Assembly: GCA_002269645.1 (NCBI GenBank)
Contig: NIVC01003994.1
Span: forward strand, 1 to 64,000
Origin: Macrostomum lignano
Lineage: Eukaryota
Direction: 5' to 3'
DNA: 64,000 nt
Numbering within the stretch: the stretch's first letter is position 1; each line of letters begins with the position of its first letter. Positions 12,207-24,837 of this stretch are shown one piece after another. The position numbers and the translations under genes are program-made. The notes beneath the pieces were generated by a model. The model ran no database searches. It had not been told where the DNA came from and was given only the letters and a program-made list of their open reading frames with translations.

Positions 12207-12873
12207 AAATCAAAATATATTTTACCAAGATGCAGAGAATTTTTAATTAGCTTAGAAATGAGACCAAGTTCAGAGAAATTGTTTCAACAAAAATCAAAAG
12301 AGGTTGCCAGTGTGTTAAGTGGGTTGGCTAGGCTATAGATGTAAAACTTACAGAACTGCATTCAGTCAAGCACTATTAGTATTAGTAAGTGCCTGAAATA
12401 GTAGTATTTGATGGTACAGAGTTTCCACTCCAGATACTCCGCAGTCAAGGCCTCCTTGGCCTTGGCCCCAATAAATGAATGAATCAAAAGCGTTCCCACT
12501 GCACTGGCCGGGCCGCAACCCCACCTCCAGTTGTACGCAAGGCAGCGCCCCAGGCCGAGTGAAGTTTCATTTCGTGAAATGCACACACACAGACGTCTGA
12601 AGCCAGTGCAGCCCACCCCCCCCCCATTCGTTCTTTCACCCAGCATTAACTACCCCCACCCCAACCCCATTTATTGCATACTTTGGCCGGTTCAAAAACG
12701 CCGACCCGAACCCCCAGCCTGCCCCCTCTAAATTAGCCGTAACTTGCTAAGTAAAGTTGTTAGCCATATTCTATTCTAGTTGCAAATAGACTTCTTTATT
12801 TACTGCAGAATATCTGTCCTTTTCTAATAACCAGCTTACTAAGCAAGCATTTACACCGTCACAGAGTTGCAAT

Positions 12874-15800
12874 ATGGAGTCGATGTACAACAGCTTCAAG
12901 GAGTGGCACGACCGGACCATGTCCCTCGGAGACCCCCGGCTCGACGGCTGGTTCCTGATGGACTCGCCCGTGCCTTCAACGCTGCTGTCGATTCTCTACG
13001 TCGTGCTGGTGCTAGCTGGTATGCGCTGGATGAAGGGTCGGGCTCCCTTTGACCTCCGGCCGCTCATGGTGGTGTACAACCTGTCCATGGTGGTGTTCTC
13101 CGCTTGGCTGGTGTACGAGTTCTGCGTGTCCGGATGGCTGGCCGGCTACAGTCTGGGCTGTCAACCAGTTGACTTCAGCCGGTCGCCGAAAGCAATCCGC
13201 ATGGCCAAGACTTGCTGGTGGTTTTATTTCAGCAAGTTCATCGAGATGTTAGACACGTTCTTCTTTGTACTTCGAGGCCGATTCGAACTTGTGACGTTTC
13301 TGCACGTTTTTCACCACGCGGTGCTGCCCCCTGCCTGGTGGTGGGGCGTCAAGTTTGTTCCAGGTGAGACTTTGAGTAAAACTTTCGCTTTTGAAAACTT
13401 ATTTACGCTACATATCGGCTCCAACTAATTTTTGGTATTAATCTAATAACCTCCAAAAGTGATAGTGATACGATTTTTGCCCTTGAACTCTGTTCTCAAA
13501 AAGTGTGTGCCAGCAAGTTGATGAGTGGTCTGATTGCTAATTGTAAGTTCTTCCTCCTCTCTCTTATCAGTTGGGTTTCCTTTCCTCTGTCTATAAAGAA
13601 ATTGCTTGTGTCACACTTGGCAGCAGTTTTTTAAACAAACCGAAGATATGTCCAGATCTGGTTGGGCGACAGGACAGGCTGACAGGAGACAGACAGCAGG
13701 CGATTCTCTAATCATTTGTTTGTGAAGTTGATTGATAACCCAGGCTGACTAAATAAAGAGAGAATTTCTATTTAGCCACTGCCACAGTCGGCCATAGACA
13801 ATAAAGCCATAGACAATAGACTATGGACATAGACAAAAGACCATAGACAATTTCAAAGTTAGAAATCGTTTTCGTTTAGTGCTGAAAACAAATCTGGAAC
13901 TTTCTATTTTGTTAATAAAATTTGCAGTGACCTTCATTTGCCCATTACTCTGCTTTTCTGTTGGAATTTCAGAAGCGCAGACGTAAAACCAGTTTTTTTA
14001 GTCGAATTGGCTTGGCAAGAGCGGAGAGGTCGAACTCTAGAAATGCGAAACTCATCGTTTCTATTGTTCGAACTAGTTAGTTTCTTCTCCAAGAGTTTTT
14101 TGTTTCATTTTTCTTATTCAGCTCAGTCGTCTTTCTCTCCTCTCTGTCTTCTTATTTGCACTGTTTTCGGTTTGTTCACAAGCGCTTCAAGTTTTATGTG
14201 AGCGTCTGTAGAATTCTTAGAATTTTAACGTTCGCTCGTATAGTTACACAAGCCCAATAGTTTAAATCGCAGTGAAATTTGTTATAAATCTATCGCAATT
14301 AAATCTATCGTAAAAAACCTTATTTCTAACAAATATTTATATTAAATCAACGGAAGTAAGCGTAAAATGCAAACGTTGAATTAACTCCAAAAACAGCGCC
14401 AGAGTTTCCATTCCGATCTTCTTCAAACAAAGATAAAATTATAGTTTAAAGCAAGCTGAACAAATGAACGCGTTAATATTGTTAAGAGACGTTTTTTGTA
14501 ATATCTAGCTCTCCAGTTCTGGGGGGCCCTGAGTGCACACACCACCCCCGTCGCTTGTCCAACTGGAATTCTCTTGCCCCAGCGCGCCCAGAACTCGCTA
14601 TTGTTTCAATTTGTCAATTTGTTTGAAATTTGCGCTCACTCGCTTGCGTGCCCGCCAGCCTGCCCGGCCCCGCCCGGTGTGACAACTCGCAGGCAGTCAT
14701 GGACGATTCAAGCTGGCCATCTGGATTGGAAATTGAGCGCTGATCATAGCAGGTGTTTTTTCTTCACAGTATGCTAATTTTTAGAAAATGAGCACTGCTC
14801 ATCTTGATGCAACCAGCCCGACCCTGGGCTCAACGTAAGCATTGTGATTCATAAATAGATGTCACAGAGGAATTATTTACCTTGCGTAGCAACAAGCAGT
14901 AACCGAGCAAAACACTTTATGTCCAGATCTGGTTGGGCGACAGATCTGGTTGGGCTGGGCTGGCTGGAGACAGACAGGAGGCGATTCTTTAATCATTTGT
15001 TTGTGAAGTTGATTGATAACCCAAGCTAACAATGTAAAGAGAATTTCTATTTAGCCACTGCCACAGTAGTCGGCCATAGACAATAAAGCCATAGACAATC
15101 GACTATGCACATAGACAAAAGACCATAGACAAAAAAGTCAATCAAGATCAAGCGACAGCTCGTAAGCTGTGCTCTCCCACAAAAGGCAAGCCAAGCCAGC
15201 TGTAAAAGGGCCCTGTTCTCAGGTTAAAATAATATCAAGCAGAGAATTACAAAGCCATTCTGCTCATCTTGGTGCAACCAGCCCGACCCTGGGCGCAACA
15301 TAAACATTGTGATTCATAAATAGATGTCACAGGGGAATTATTTACCTTGGTTAGCAATAATCAGTAACTAAGCAAACGCGTTATCACCTCTCCATTTTAA
15401 AACCAGGTGGTTTCGGAAGCTTCGCAGCCATGCTGAACTCTGTGGTGCACACGGTGATGTACCTGTACTATGGCCTGGCCGCCATGGGCCCCAGCGTGCA
15501 GCCCTACCTGTGGTGGAAGCGGTACCTCACCAAATTCCAGATGGTGCAATTCGTCACCATGGTGGTGCACGGAATGCAGCTGTACTTTATCGAGTGCAAC
15601 TATCCGAAGGCGTTTGCCAACGCTATCATGTGCTTCGCTTGCATCTTCTTTGTGCTGTTTGCCAACTTCTATATTCAGGTGAGTCGGTTGAAGTGCTTTT
15701 TGCGTTCAACAACTTAATGCTGACAAATTGGCTTTAGCTAGTAACTAGCAATCTATAGTGCGGCCCAGGGGCGTAGCCAGAAGGGGGGCAAGGGGGCCGC

Positions 15801-18611
15801 GGCCCCCCCCCCAATCACCAACTCTGGCCTTTGGCGCCCCCCCCCCAGAACTGCGCTTTGTCGCCCATTTGAAAATGCTGCCGCTTTTCTGGCGCCCCCC
15901 ATAAATAAACTGCTCCCCCCTAAAAAAACTGCCCCCCCCTATAAGAAACTGGCGCCCCCCCCCCCTATAGAAACTGGCGCCCCCCCTAAAAGAAACTGGC
16001 GCCCCCCCCCCCTATAGAAACTGGCGCCCCCCCCCTATAGAAACTGGCGCCCCCCCCCTATAAGAAACCGCCGCCCCCCTATAGAAACTGGCGCCCCCCC
16101 CCCTATAAGAAACCGCCGCCCCCCCTATAAGAAACTGGCGCCCCCCCCCCCTATAGAAACTGGCGCCCCCCTAAAAGAAACTGGCGCCCCCCCCCTATAG
16201 AAACTGGCGCCCCCCCCCCCTATAAGAAACCGCCGCCCCCCCTATAGAAACTGGCGCCCCCCCCCTATAAGAAACCGCCGCCCCCCCTATAGAAACTGGC
16301 GCCCCCCCCTATAAGAAACCGCCGCCCCCCTATAAGAAACTGGCGCCCCCCCCCCCTATAGAAACTGGCGCCCCCCCTAAAAGAAACTGGCGCCCCCCTA
16401 AAAGAAACTGGCGCCCCCCCCTATAGAAACTGGCGCCCCCCCTAAAAGAAACTGGCGCCCCCCCCCTATAAGAAACCGCCGCCCCCCTATAGAAACTGGC
16501 GCCCCCCTAAAAGAAACTGGCGCCCCCCCCCCTATAAGAAACCGCCGCCCCCCCTATAGAAACTGGCGCCCCCCTAAAAGAAACTGGCGCCCCCCTTTAT
16601 AAGAAACTGGCGCCCCCTAACTCACGCCCCCCTCCCAATCAATATTCCTGGCTACGCCCCTGATAGTGCCCCCATTCAGTACGCCCAATAATCAAAGAGC
16701 AAAAATTATTCATGTAAATCAATTAAAAAAGCACATTTCCTTAAGAACCGATTCCTTCTTCAGTTTTATAAATCACCTTATTCGAATAAACTTGTCACGG
16801 GCAAAGATGTTTGCTATGAATCTCTGTTTTCTATGAGTAACAAAGGAAATAAGGATAACCGAAATTCCACCCTAAATAGAAAACATCCCCAAGACAGCAA
16901 GCATCCCCAGATAGCAAGCATCCCCAAGACAGCAAGCATCCCCCCAGATGGCAAGTACACCCCCAAATACAATAGCAAGCACACCCCAAATACAATAGCA
17001 AGCACACCTCCAAATACAATAGCAAGCACACCTCCAAATACAATAGCAAGCACACCTCCAAATACAATAGCAAGCACACCCCAAATACAATAGCAAGCAC
17101 ACCTCCAAATACAATAGCAAGCACACCCCCAAATACAATAGCAAGCACACCCCCAAATACAATAGCAAGCACACCTCCAAATACAATAGCAAGCACACCT
17201 CCAAATACAATAGCAAGCACACCCCCAAATACATTAGCAAGCACACCCCCAAATACAATAGCAAGCACACCTCCAAATACAATAGCAAGCACACCTCCAA
17301 ATACAATAGCAAGCACACCCCCAAATACAATAGCAAGCACACCCCCAAATACAATAGCAAGCACACCCCAAATACAATAGCAAGCACACCTCCAAATACA
17401 ATAGCAAGCACACCTCCAAATACAATAGCAAGCACACCTCCAAATACAATAGCAAGCACACCTCCAAATACAATAGCAAGCACACCTCCAAATACAATAG
17501 CAAGCACACCTCCAAATACAATAGCAAGCACACCCCCAAATACAATAGCAAGCACACCTCCAAATACAATAGCAAGCACACCTCCAAATACAATAGCAAG
17601 CACACCTCCAAATACAATAGCAAGCACACCCCCAAATACAATAGCAAGCACACCCCCAAATACAATAGCAAGCACACCCCCAAATATAATAGCAAGCACA
17701 CCCCCAAATACAATAAATAGCAAGCACACCCCCAAATACAATAGCAAGCACACCCCCAAATGCATTAGCAAGCACACCCCCAAATACAATAGCAAGCACA
17801 CCCCCAAATATAATAGCAAGCACACCCCCAAATATAATAGCAAGCACACCCCCAAATACAATAAATAGCAAGCACACCCCCAAATACAATAGCAAGCACA
17901 CCTCCAAATACAATAGCAAGCACACCCCCAAATACAATAGCAAGCACACCCCCAAATACAATAGCAAGCACCCCCCAAATACAATAGCAAGCACACCCCC
18001 AAATATAATAGCAAGCACACCCCCAAATACAATAAATAGCAAGCACACCCCCAAATACAATAGCAAGCACACCCCCAAATACAATAGCAAGCACACCCCC
18101 AAATACAATAAATAGCAAGCACACCCCCAAATACATTAGCAAGCACACCCCAAATACATTAGCAAGCACACCCCCAAATACATTAGCAAGCACACCCCCA
18201 AATATCGTGCGATTCGCAGAGTTTGAGGCCGTTGAGGGCCAATCCCCCATGGCACAGAGGAGTGCTCAGTGCATGTACAGGAGTCACCGGAATAAACAGA
18301 ATTCTTATCCTACGCATCGTGTCTGTTTGTCTCAGCTGACTCTCAATTTCAGTCTAGGCTCATCTATGTCACTTTCTTTGCTTCTGGACCTTCTCAGAAT
18401 CCGGTACCTGTCCCCCCCCCAACTCCCGCAGTCCTACCTCAAGCGCTCCGGTAGGCGAGGTGCCAAAACGCAGGAGGCCAATGGACACAAGTCTGCCGTT
18501 CCGGTTGCCAATGGTAACGGCAAGAGCAACGGGCTGGCGAGTCACCACGAGAATGGCAACAGCAGCAGCAACGGCTACCACGGGGTGAAGCGGAGTCGCA
18601 AAGCCGATTAA
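12874..18611 (+). CDS. ELOVL: Elongation of very long chain fatty acids protein, copy 1 (ELOVL1/7-like), 313 aa; exons 12874-13363, 15407-15678, 18432-18611
   Basis: KFIEMLDT, FLHVFHH histidine box, NSVVHTVMYLYY, WWKRYLTKFQMVQF. Splice phases 1 and 0 are consistent; 942 nt total. C-terminal RKAD resembles an ER-retrieval signal. Confidence 0.93.
13645..15385 (+). repeat. Internal duplications in ELOVL copy 1 intron 1: ~13645-13850 matches ~14920-15135, and ~14797-14920 matches ~15262-15385
   Basis: Shared strings tatgtccagatctggttgggcgacag...aaaagaccatagacaa and gctcatcttg.tgcaaccagcccgaccctggg...ggaattatttacctt. Confidence 0.8.
15766..16662. mobile_element. Non-autonomous TIR element (MITE-like) carrying an internal ~24-bp C-rich minisatellite (~15930-16618)
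   Basis: Perfect 15-bp TIRs CAGGGGCGTAGCCAG (15766) and CTGGCTACGCCCCTG (16648-16662). atagtgc occurs on both flanks, 4 nt offset on the left, so the TSD is imperfect. Internal unit ctata(a)gaaactggcgccccc(n). Confidence 0.75.
16890..18203 (+). repeat. 24-bp minisatellite TAGCAAGCACACCCCCAAATACAA in ELOVL copy 1 intron 2
   Basis: Direct inspection; degenerate ~20-bp precursors at the left edge. Confidence 0.95.
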
Positions 18612-20212
18612 AACAAAAGAAGATAATTTAAAAAACGCTGCAAAATCTGTTTTGTTGAGTGTTTTGTTTAGATGGGAAACTCAAGTAGAAGGACGTTTGA
18701 ACTTGTTGAAAATCTTGCAAGATATCATTGCCGCGCGCGTCCTTCTACTTTAAAAAGTTGACCATGTTTTTCATTTATCAATTTTTACTTTGGTTAATTA
18801 ATATCTTACTGAAGTACTTTAGCAAGTTTTGTTGGAAAATATTTAATATTAGACTAATTTCTTGCGTGTATTAGGAGACCTGTTAAATACGTTACCTGGA
18901 CAAGAATCAATTAAAAAGTCGTTGTAAACAACTCTCTAGTGACTCTACCGTTGTCCAAAAATCGTTGTGTTAACGCCTAACTTTTGCTAGAGATGCGATT
19001 TGAATTCATCAAGCGATGCAAATGTACAAGTGTACAATAGAATGCTTCAAAGTGACTCTTGGGTGACTATTTGACGACATTTTGGCGACTTGTACCGGGA
19101 TATCTCGTCGTTTAGAGCTGTTTAGAGTCACTTATTTCCTATTTACGCTCGTACCTGTGTCTTCTGAAACGACTTTTGGATGCTTCTTTGCCTGGGTACC
19201 GTTTTTATCGGGAGAGTTACCCTAAATTACGAGTATATTAGCAATAACTGTTATATTATCGGGTTTGCTGGTTTTCCTCAAATGCATATTTGGTTTCTTA
19301 CCTTGTCATGATCAGCGAACAAATTTTGGCCCAAATGATTAGTTATACATGTAAACTGACCGAGTCACTGTGCCACTGTCACAGCCAGTGCCCTAAGTGC
19401 CTGTTGCCGTATTAGTAACATGAGCCCCACCTCCCTCCACTTTCTCACGGCTGATTGCATATCCTAGACAGGAATTTCAGTTCAATTGCGCATTCTCAGC
19501 TTTCAGTAATTAAAATTTAAGGTTCGTCGCTTTTTATCAATAAATAGAAAATTACAGCGGCCTCCGTTTGGTGCAGTTTTGTTTTGAATTGATCAAACCA
19601 GCTTGTATATGAGCTCTTCTTGTTTAGCAGAACGTGCTGTTCAAGCTACTTTCAGTAGGCATGACTTGTTGAAAATACATGCTATTAAATACCTACCAAA
19701 TCTCTGCAGACTTAGATATTTCTACTAAACTGTTTCCAGGGCCCTACAATAAGAGAGCTACAGTACACTAGAGAGAGCTACAGGGCTTTTAGCTGCCCAC
19801 CTTTCTTCCATTGCTCAGGTGGCACCATACCTGTACCTATACTGCAGGTGCACGCTCTGGAAACGTGCCAATTGCAGAGCACAAAGGGCCCTGCACACTG
19901 CTCTCGCGAACGACCTCTGAGATAGTCGCGCGCGGCTATCTACTAAGCTGTAGAATCAGCCTCTGCACTCTCATAATTGAGCAATAAGCTGAGAATAGCT
20001 AGGACAGAATGCTCCGCTGTCGTAAAAAGATTCTGTTGCTTAATTATAGCCACGATCGTATTTAAAGTAGTCGAGCCATTTTTTAATGAAATGGCCTTAT
20101 CTGGATGAGAAAGCTAGCTGGCTTCATCTTAAATGTGTAGTGTCATAATTGCAAATCAGTTTTACGTAATTAGAAGCGCCCAGCTTTATTGCAATAATGT
20201 ACTCAGATTAAT

Positions 20213-20600
20213 CAAATACAGACACTCACCTTCATCAAATACACTCAGCTTCATCAAATACAGACACTCAGCTTCATCAGATACAGACACTCAGCTTCAT
20301 CAAATACAGACACTCAGCTTCATCAAATACAGACAATCAGCTTCATCAAATACAGACACCCAGCTTCATCAAATACAGACACTCAGCTTCATCAAATACA
20401 GAAACCCAGCTTCATCAAATACAGACACTCAGCTTCATCAAATACAGACACTCAGCTTCATCAAATACAGACACTCAGCTTCATCAAACACAGACACTCA
20501 GCTTCATCAAATACAGACACTCAGCTTCATCAAATACAGACACTCAGCTTCATCAAATACAGACACTCAGCTTCATAAAATACAGACACTCAGCTTCATC
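20213..20600 (+). repeat. 23-bp minisatellite CAGCTTCATCAAATACAGACACT
   Basis: Direct inspection. Confidence 0.93.
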
Positions 20601-21225
20601 AATTACACTTTACAGGCGCCAAATCAATGAAATTAACTCAGTTTTATTAACAATGTTACCTGCACCATTCTTCCCGACTCAAAAAGAATTTAACTCCGTC
20701 TCAATATTGATTGAAACAGGAACTAAGCTTATAAAATAAACAAAAACATTCCAATATTGAACTACGAGTATACATGATACATTGTGCAGACTTTTCGCTA
20801 TCTTTAAAATTTCATTCAAAAATCTTACGATGGGCTGATAAGAGTCAAAAGTACACCATGACAACCAGTTAATTAAGCTGTGAACTCTAGCCTACCGTTT
20901 GGGGCAGACTATTAGGGTCATTGCGGTCGCACAATAAGCCCCCTCTGTCCAAACCTCAGTGCTGTACTGTATGCCCCGGCCATAACTCATTCCATTTTTG
21001 TTCATTAATTGTACCAATGCCCAATGCTCTGCATGGCTCACCCCACATCACCTTCACCTCACCCCACCGTGAGCTTGTCTGTACAGGTGAGCTGGACAGT
21101 GCTCAGCCTGTGCTCATAACTATATATACTATAGCATCTGCGGACTCTCTACCGTCTCTTGTCCTCAGCTCATACTGATTCGCTCTGGCAGATTAGGATT
21201 AGGACTTTGAGAACTGCTCGTCGCT

Positions 21226-23353
21226 ATGGAGTCGATGTACCGCAGCTTGAAGGACTGGCACGACCAGGCCATGTCCCTCGGAGACCCCCGGCTCGACGGC
21301 TGGCTCCTGATGGACTCGCCCGTGCCGCCTGCGCTGCTGTCGATTCTCTACGTCGTGCTGGTGCTGGCTGGTATGCGCTGGATGAAGGGTCGGAATCCAT
21401 TTGACATCCGACCGCTCATGGTGGTGTACAACCTGTCCATGGTGGTGTTCTCCGCTTGGCTGGTGTACGAGTTCTGCGTGTCCGGATGGCTGACCGGCTA
21501 CAGTCTGGGCTGTCAGCCTGTTGACTTCAGCCGGTCGCCGAAAGCAATCCGCATGGCCAAGGCGTGCTGGTGGTTCTTCTTCAGCAAGTACATCGAGATG
21601 TTAGACACGTTCTTCTTTGTACTTCGAGGCCGATTCGAACTTGTGACGTTTCTGCACGTTTTTCACCACGCGGTCGTTCCGCCTTCGGCCTGGTGGGGAG
21701 TCAAGTTCGTTCCAGGTGAGATGGAGGAGATATTATAGTCTATTTTAGTGGCCAAACATGGAGACATGCAGTTGTTAATCCTACCGAATGGCGTTCTCGA
21801 TTTTCCGTCGCAACGGACGAAACGTCCTCCAACGAGGACTTTGATCATTTACATTTTGCACGGTTTTTACGGTTTACAAATTTACCCTTGAGAGTTAGCA
21901 GAATCTACAATGCTGCACTCTGAACTTTGGAACCAATGCAGAAAAAGTTCGAGGCACACTGTGCATGCAAACTTAGCGTACAATATTAAGAAGGGCGTTG
22001 AACGCTCTGTCTCCATGCTCAGTGGACCGTCCATTTTTATATTATTTTTTTATTAGAGGCAGGGGGTTGCGTGCACCCTGGCGCACTTTAAGCGACATAG
22101 GCACACAACCGGCGAGAGGCATTACTGCCCATTCCGCCGACTCCCCTGAGCAGGCATACAAGCGCGCGGATACGTACGCAGGCACACACTCACACAGGAG
22201 TGTACAGCGGCCCTAACTTTATATTATCGTTAGGCATGTACACTTCACTGCGCCTTGGGGGGTTGGCTCTCAAGGCCGTTAATTGCACGAGCAGAGCCAA
22301 GCCGAGATTCCAATTCAGCCCCAAATTAATGTGACTGCACTTGGAATCGAGCCTGGGTCGCTGGCACACCAGAGCCTGCGCTAGACCGCTGGGCTACGGC
22401 CCCCCGGCCCAGTGGACCGTCCATACAAACGCGTACTTTAATAGGCCAGTTTTCGTGTTACTTGCATGTACTACTATGCCTTTGTTTGCTAGCTACATCC
22501 TGCGATGAACAATAGGTTTTGCGAATTAAATGTAGATTTGCAGTAATATTTTGGAGCTTTTGCTCCAAAACGCCTTAATTAAAGTAAATAACTAACACAT
22601 AAGCTACACTACAGATATCACAGTTATCCAAACGAATTTTGTGTTTATTTTCAGGTGGTTTCAGCACCTTCGCTACTATGCTCAATTCAGTGGTGCATGT
22701 TGTAATGTACCTGTACTATGGCCTGGCCGCCATGGGACCCAGCGTGCAGCCCTACTTGTGGTGGAAGCGGTACCTCACCAAATTCCAGATGGTGCAATTC
22801 GTCACCATAGTTATTCACGGAATGCAGCTGTATTTTATCGAATGCGATTATCCTAAGGCTTTTGCCAACGCTATCATGACTTTGGCGTGTATCTTCTTTG
22901 TGCTGTTTGCCAACTTCTATATTCAGGTGCGACCATCGTAATAGATATTTAGCTTTAACACCAGGGGCTTTAGCACCAGGGGCTTTAGCACCAGGGCTTT
23001 AGCACCAGGGGCTTTAGCACCAGGGCTTTAGCACCAGGGCTTTAGCACCAGGGCTTTAGCACCAGGGCTTTAGCACCAGGGCTTTAGCACCAGGGTCTTT
23101 AGCACTAGGGGCGCCAGCACTAGGATCGATATTTTATTTACCTTTGAACGTCAGAATTAGACAAATAAAAAGTTACAAAAACCCCCAAACCACACTGCAG
23201 GCCTATCTCAAGCGCTCTGGAGGCAGGCGCTCAGTCCAGAAGAAGCAGTCTGCTCATCAAACGGTGCTGGTTGCCAATGGTCACAGTAATGGAAGAAATG
23301 GAGCCGCTCATAACGGACATCACGAGGCAGCGCATGGTCGAAAAACCGATTAA
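21226..23353 (+). CDS. ELOVL: Elongation of very long chain fatty acids protein, copy 2 (ELOVL1/7-like), 304 aa; exons 21226-21715, 22655-22926, 23201-23353
   Basis: Same motifs and same first two exon sizes (490, 272) as copy 1; 915 nt total; ends RKTD*. Confidence 0.93.
22035..22409 (-). mobile_element. Full-length tRNA-derived SINE (~375 bp), antisense in ELOVL copy 2 intron 1
   Basis: Minus-strand A box TAGCCCAGCGG (22396-22386), B-box-like GGCTCGATTCC (22353-22343), A-rich tail at 22054-22035, and an exact 15-bp TSD CAGTGGACCGTCCAT at 22020-22034 and 22410-22424. Confidence 0.85.
22958..23122 (-). repeat. 14/15-bp minisatellite, reverse complement of the 8247-8956 family, in ELOVL copy 2 intron 2
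   Basis: accaggggctttagc is the reverse complement of gctaaagcccctggt. Confidence 0.92.
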
Positions 23354-23610
23354 AAACGGCCTACTAAAGCGCTTTCGTTACATCAATTCATGTTTTATTG
23401 ACACATTTAGCAGTACTTGTAAAATTAAAAACGATAAAAACTTACAATGATAAATTAGCCTTTCCTTTATTTCCTTTATTAATTTTTTCTTCAAAAAACC
23501 AAAGCATAAAACTATGCTTAAATGATTACGACTGAAGCAGTGACTCACAGAAACTAATTACCTTCGATTCCTCGAAAATGTTTGAAGGCGGATTCTATGC
23601 GAACAAATCA

Positions 23611-23753
23611 GCACTCGGTCTCAGGTGTCAGCACTCGGTCTCAGGTGTCAGCACTCGGTCTCAGGTGTCAGCACTCGGTCTCAGGTGTCAGCACTCGGTC
23701 TCAGGTGTCAGCACTCGGTCTCAGGTGTCAGCACTCGGTCTCAGGTGTCAGCA
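23611..23753 (+). repeat. 20-bp perfect tandem repeat GCACTCGGTCTCAGGTGTCA x7
   Basis: Direct inspection. Confidence 0.95.
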
Positions 23754-23896
23754 GAGAAAGCAGCGCAGGTCGCCCGAGGCGGCATCGAGGAAGAGGCCCG
23801 CCGCTGCCGCCGCCTCCGACGCCCCCGACTGGCAGCGCAGCGAGTGGGGCGCGAACTCGGGACGTTTCGATGCGACCACCGCATGCAGGAGGCTGC
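23748..23896 (-). other. Candidate orphan terminal coding exon (SLLHAVVASKRPEF...AAGLFLDAASGDLRCFLC*)
   Basis: Strong acceptor ttttattcttcttcttcacacacAG (23898-23897), GC-rich coding-like composition, 48 aa then TGA. Upstream exons could not be assembled. Confidence 0.35.
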
Positions 23897-24837
23897 CTGT
23901 GTGTGAAGAAGAAGAATAAAAAAATATGATATTTGAAAATGAGTCTGCTATTCACGCGCAGATATTTTTTGGTGCGAAATCGGAGTTCTTCGATGTGGCG
24001 TTTCGTGTTGCTAACTGCATGCTAATCTTTCAAGAATTGCTTACACCGCGATCGAATGAATCACAAAATCACACAACACACACGACTGATGCACAAAGTG
24101 ACGAATATGCTAAACAGAAACCAGGAGCAGTCAACCTGTCAGATTACTGAAATGGTGTGGCTCGTGGGGGGGGGTTGCTGAGATGCTAGGGGCGCTGTGA
24201 ACGCCAAGGAGCCTTCCTCAGAACCGTGGACCTTATGAGAGACCTGGTATGTTGCTTTTCTATTTTATCTCCTTTTTGTCATTTGAGCACAGTAAGTATA
24301 CCTGAGCAAAAGATGTGCCACTGTTTTCGCTCTTCAGTAACGTCGCTCAGCTCCCGGTCAGACAGAAGTACAGTGTCGCCAAGTACAATGGAATCCGTTT
24401 ATAATATTTTAATATTGACACTGTTGTGCCTTTAGAAGCCAGCGGCTTGTGGAGCACTGTGGGGGGGGGGGGTCCGCGGGGTTTTTAGTCATTAAGACTA
24501 AACACAGGCTATAAATACTCATAAAGCAACCACCTTTGGCCCGGCCTTTCTAACTGGTTAGAAACTGGTTGGTTTGTATCAAAACAGGTCTTCTTGATCT
24601 TTCAGTCAAGTGACATTCACTTGAACAGCAATCACTTATAGCCAGTAGAAAGTTTCAACAGCAAAATAGATGAAAAAGATAGGAGGTTTTCAATATTTTT
24701 AGTCCTAAATCAACAACAATAGCTAATTGCCTTTATGAGCTCTGTAATTGTAAATGAAGCCAATATATGTGTATTTTTCTTAACCGTTACCCTTCAGACA
24801 AAAGGTTTCTTTTACAAATTTGTGTCTATGGTAGATA

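Noticed and set aside
12440-12490. AATAAATGAATGAAT tail suggesting an L2/CR1-type 3' end
   Set aside because: No recognisable ORF2 remnant or TSD; too short to support
16814-18250. 424-425-aa hydrophobic or Cys-rich minus-strand ORFs
   Set aside because: Translations of the 24-bp intronic array
18207-18431. 5' part of ORF 18207-18611 and the intron-extended ends of other exon ORFs
   Set aside because: Read-through into introns; only the spliced portions are supported by paralog comparison
22340-22409. tRNA gene
   Set aside because: tRNA-like head continues into a body and A-rich tail with TSD, so it is a SINE
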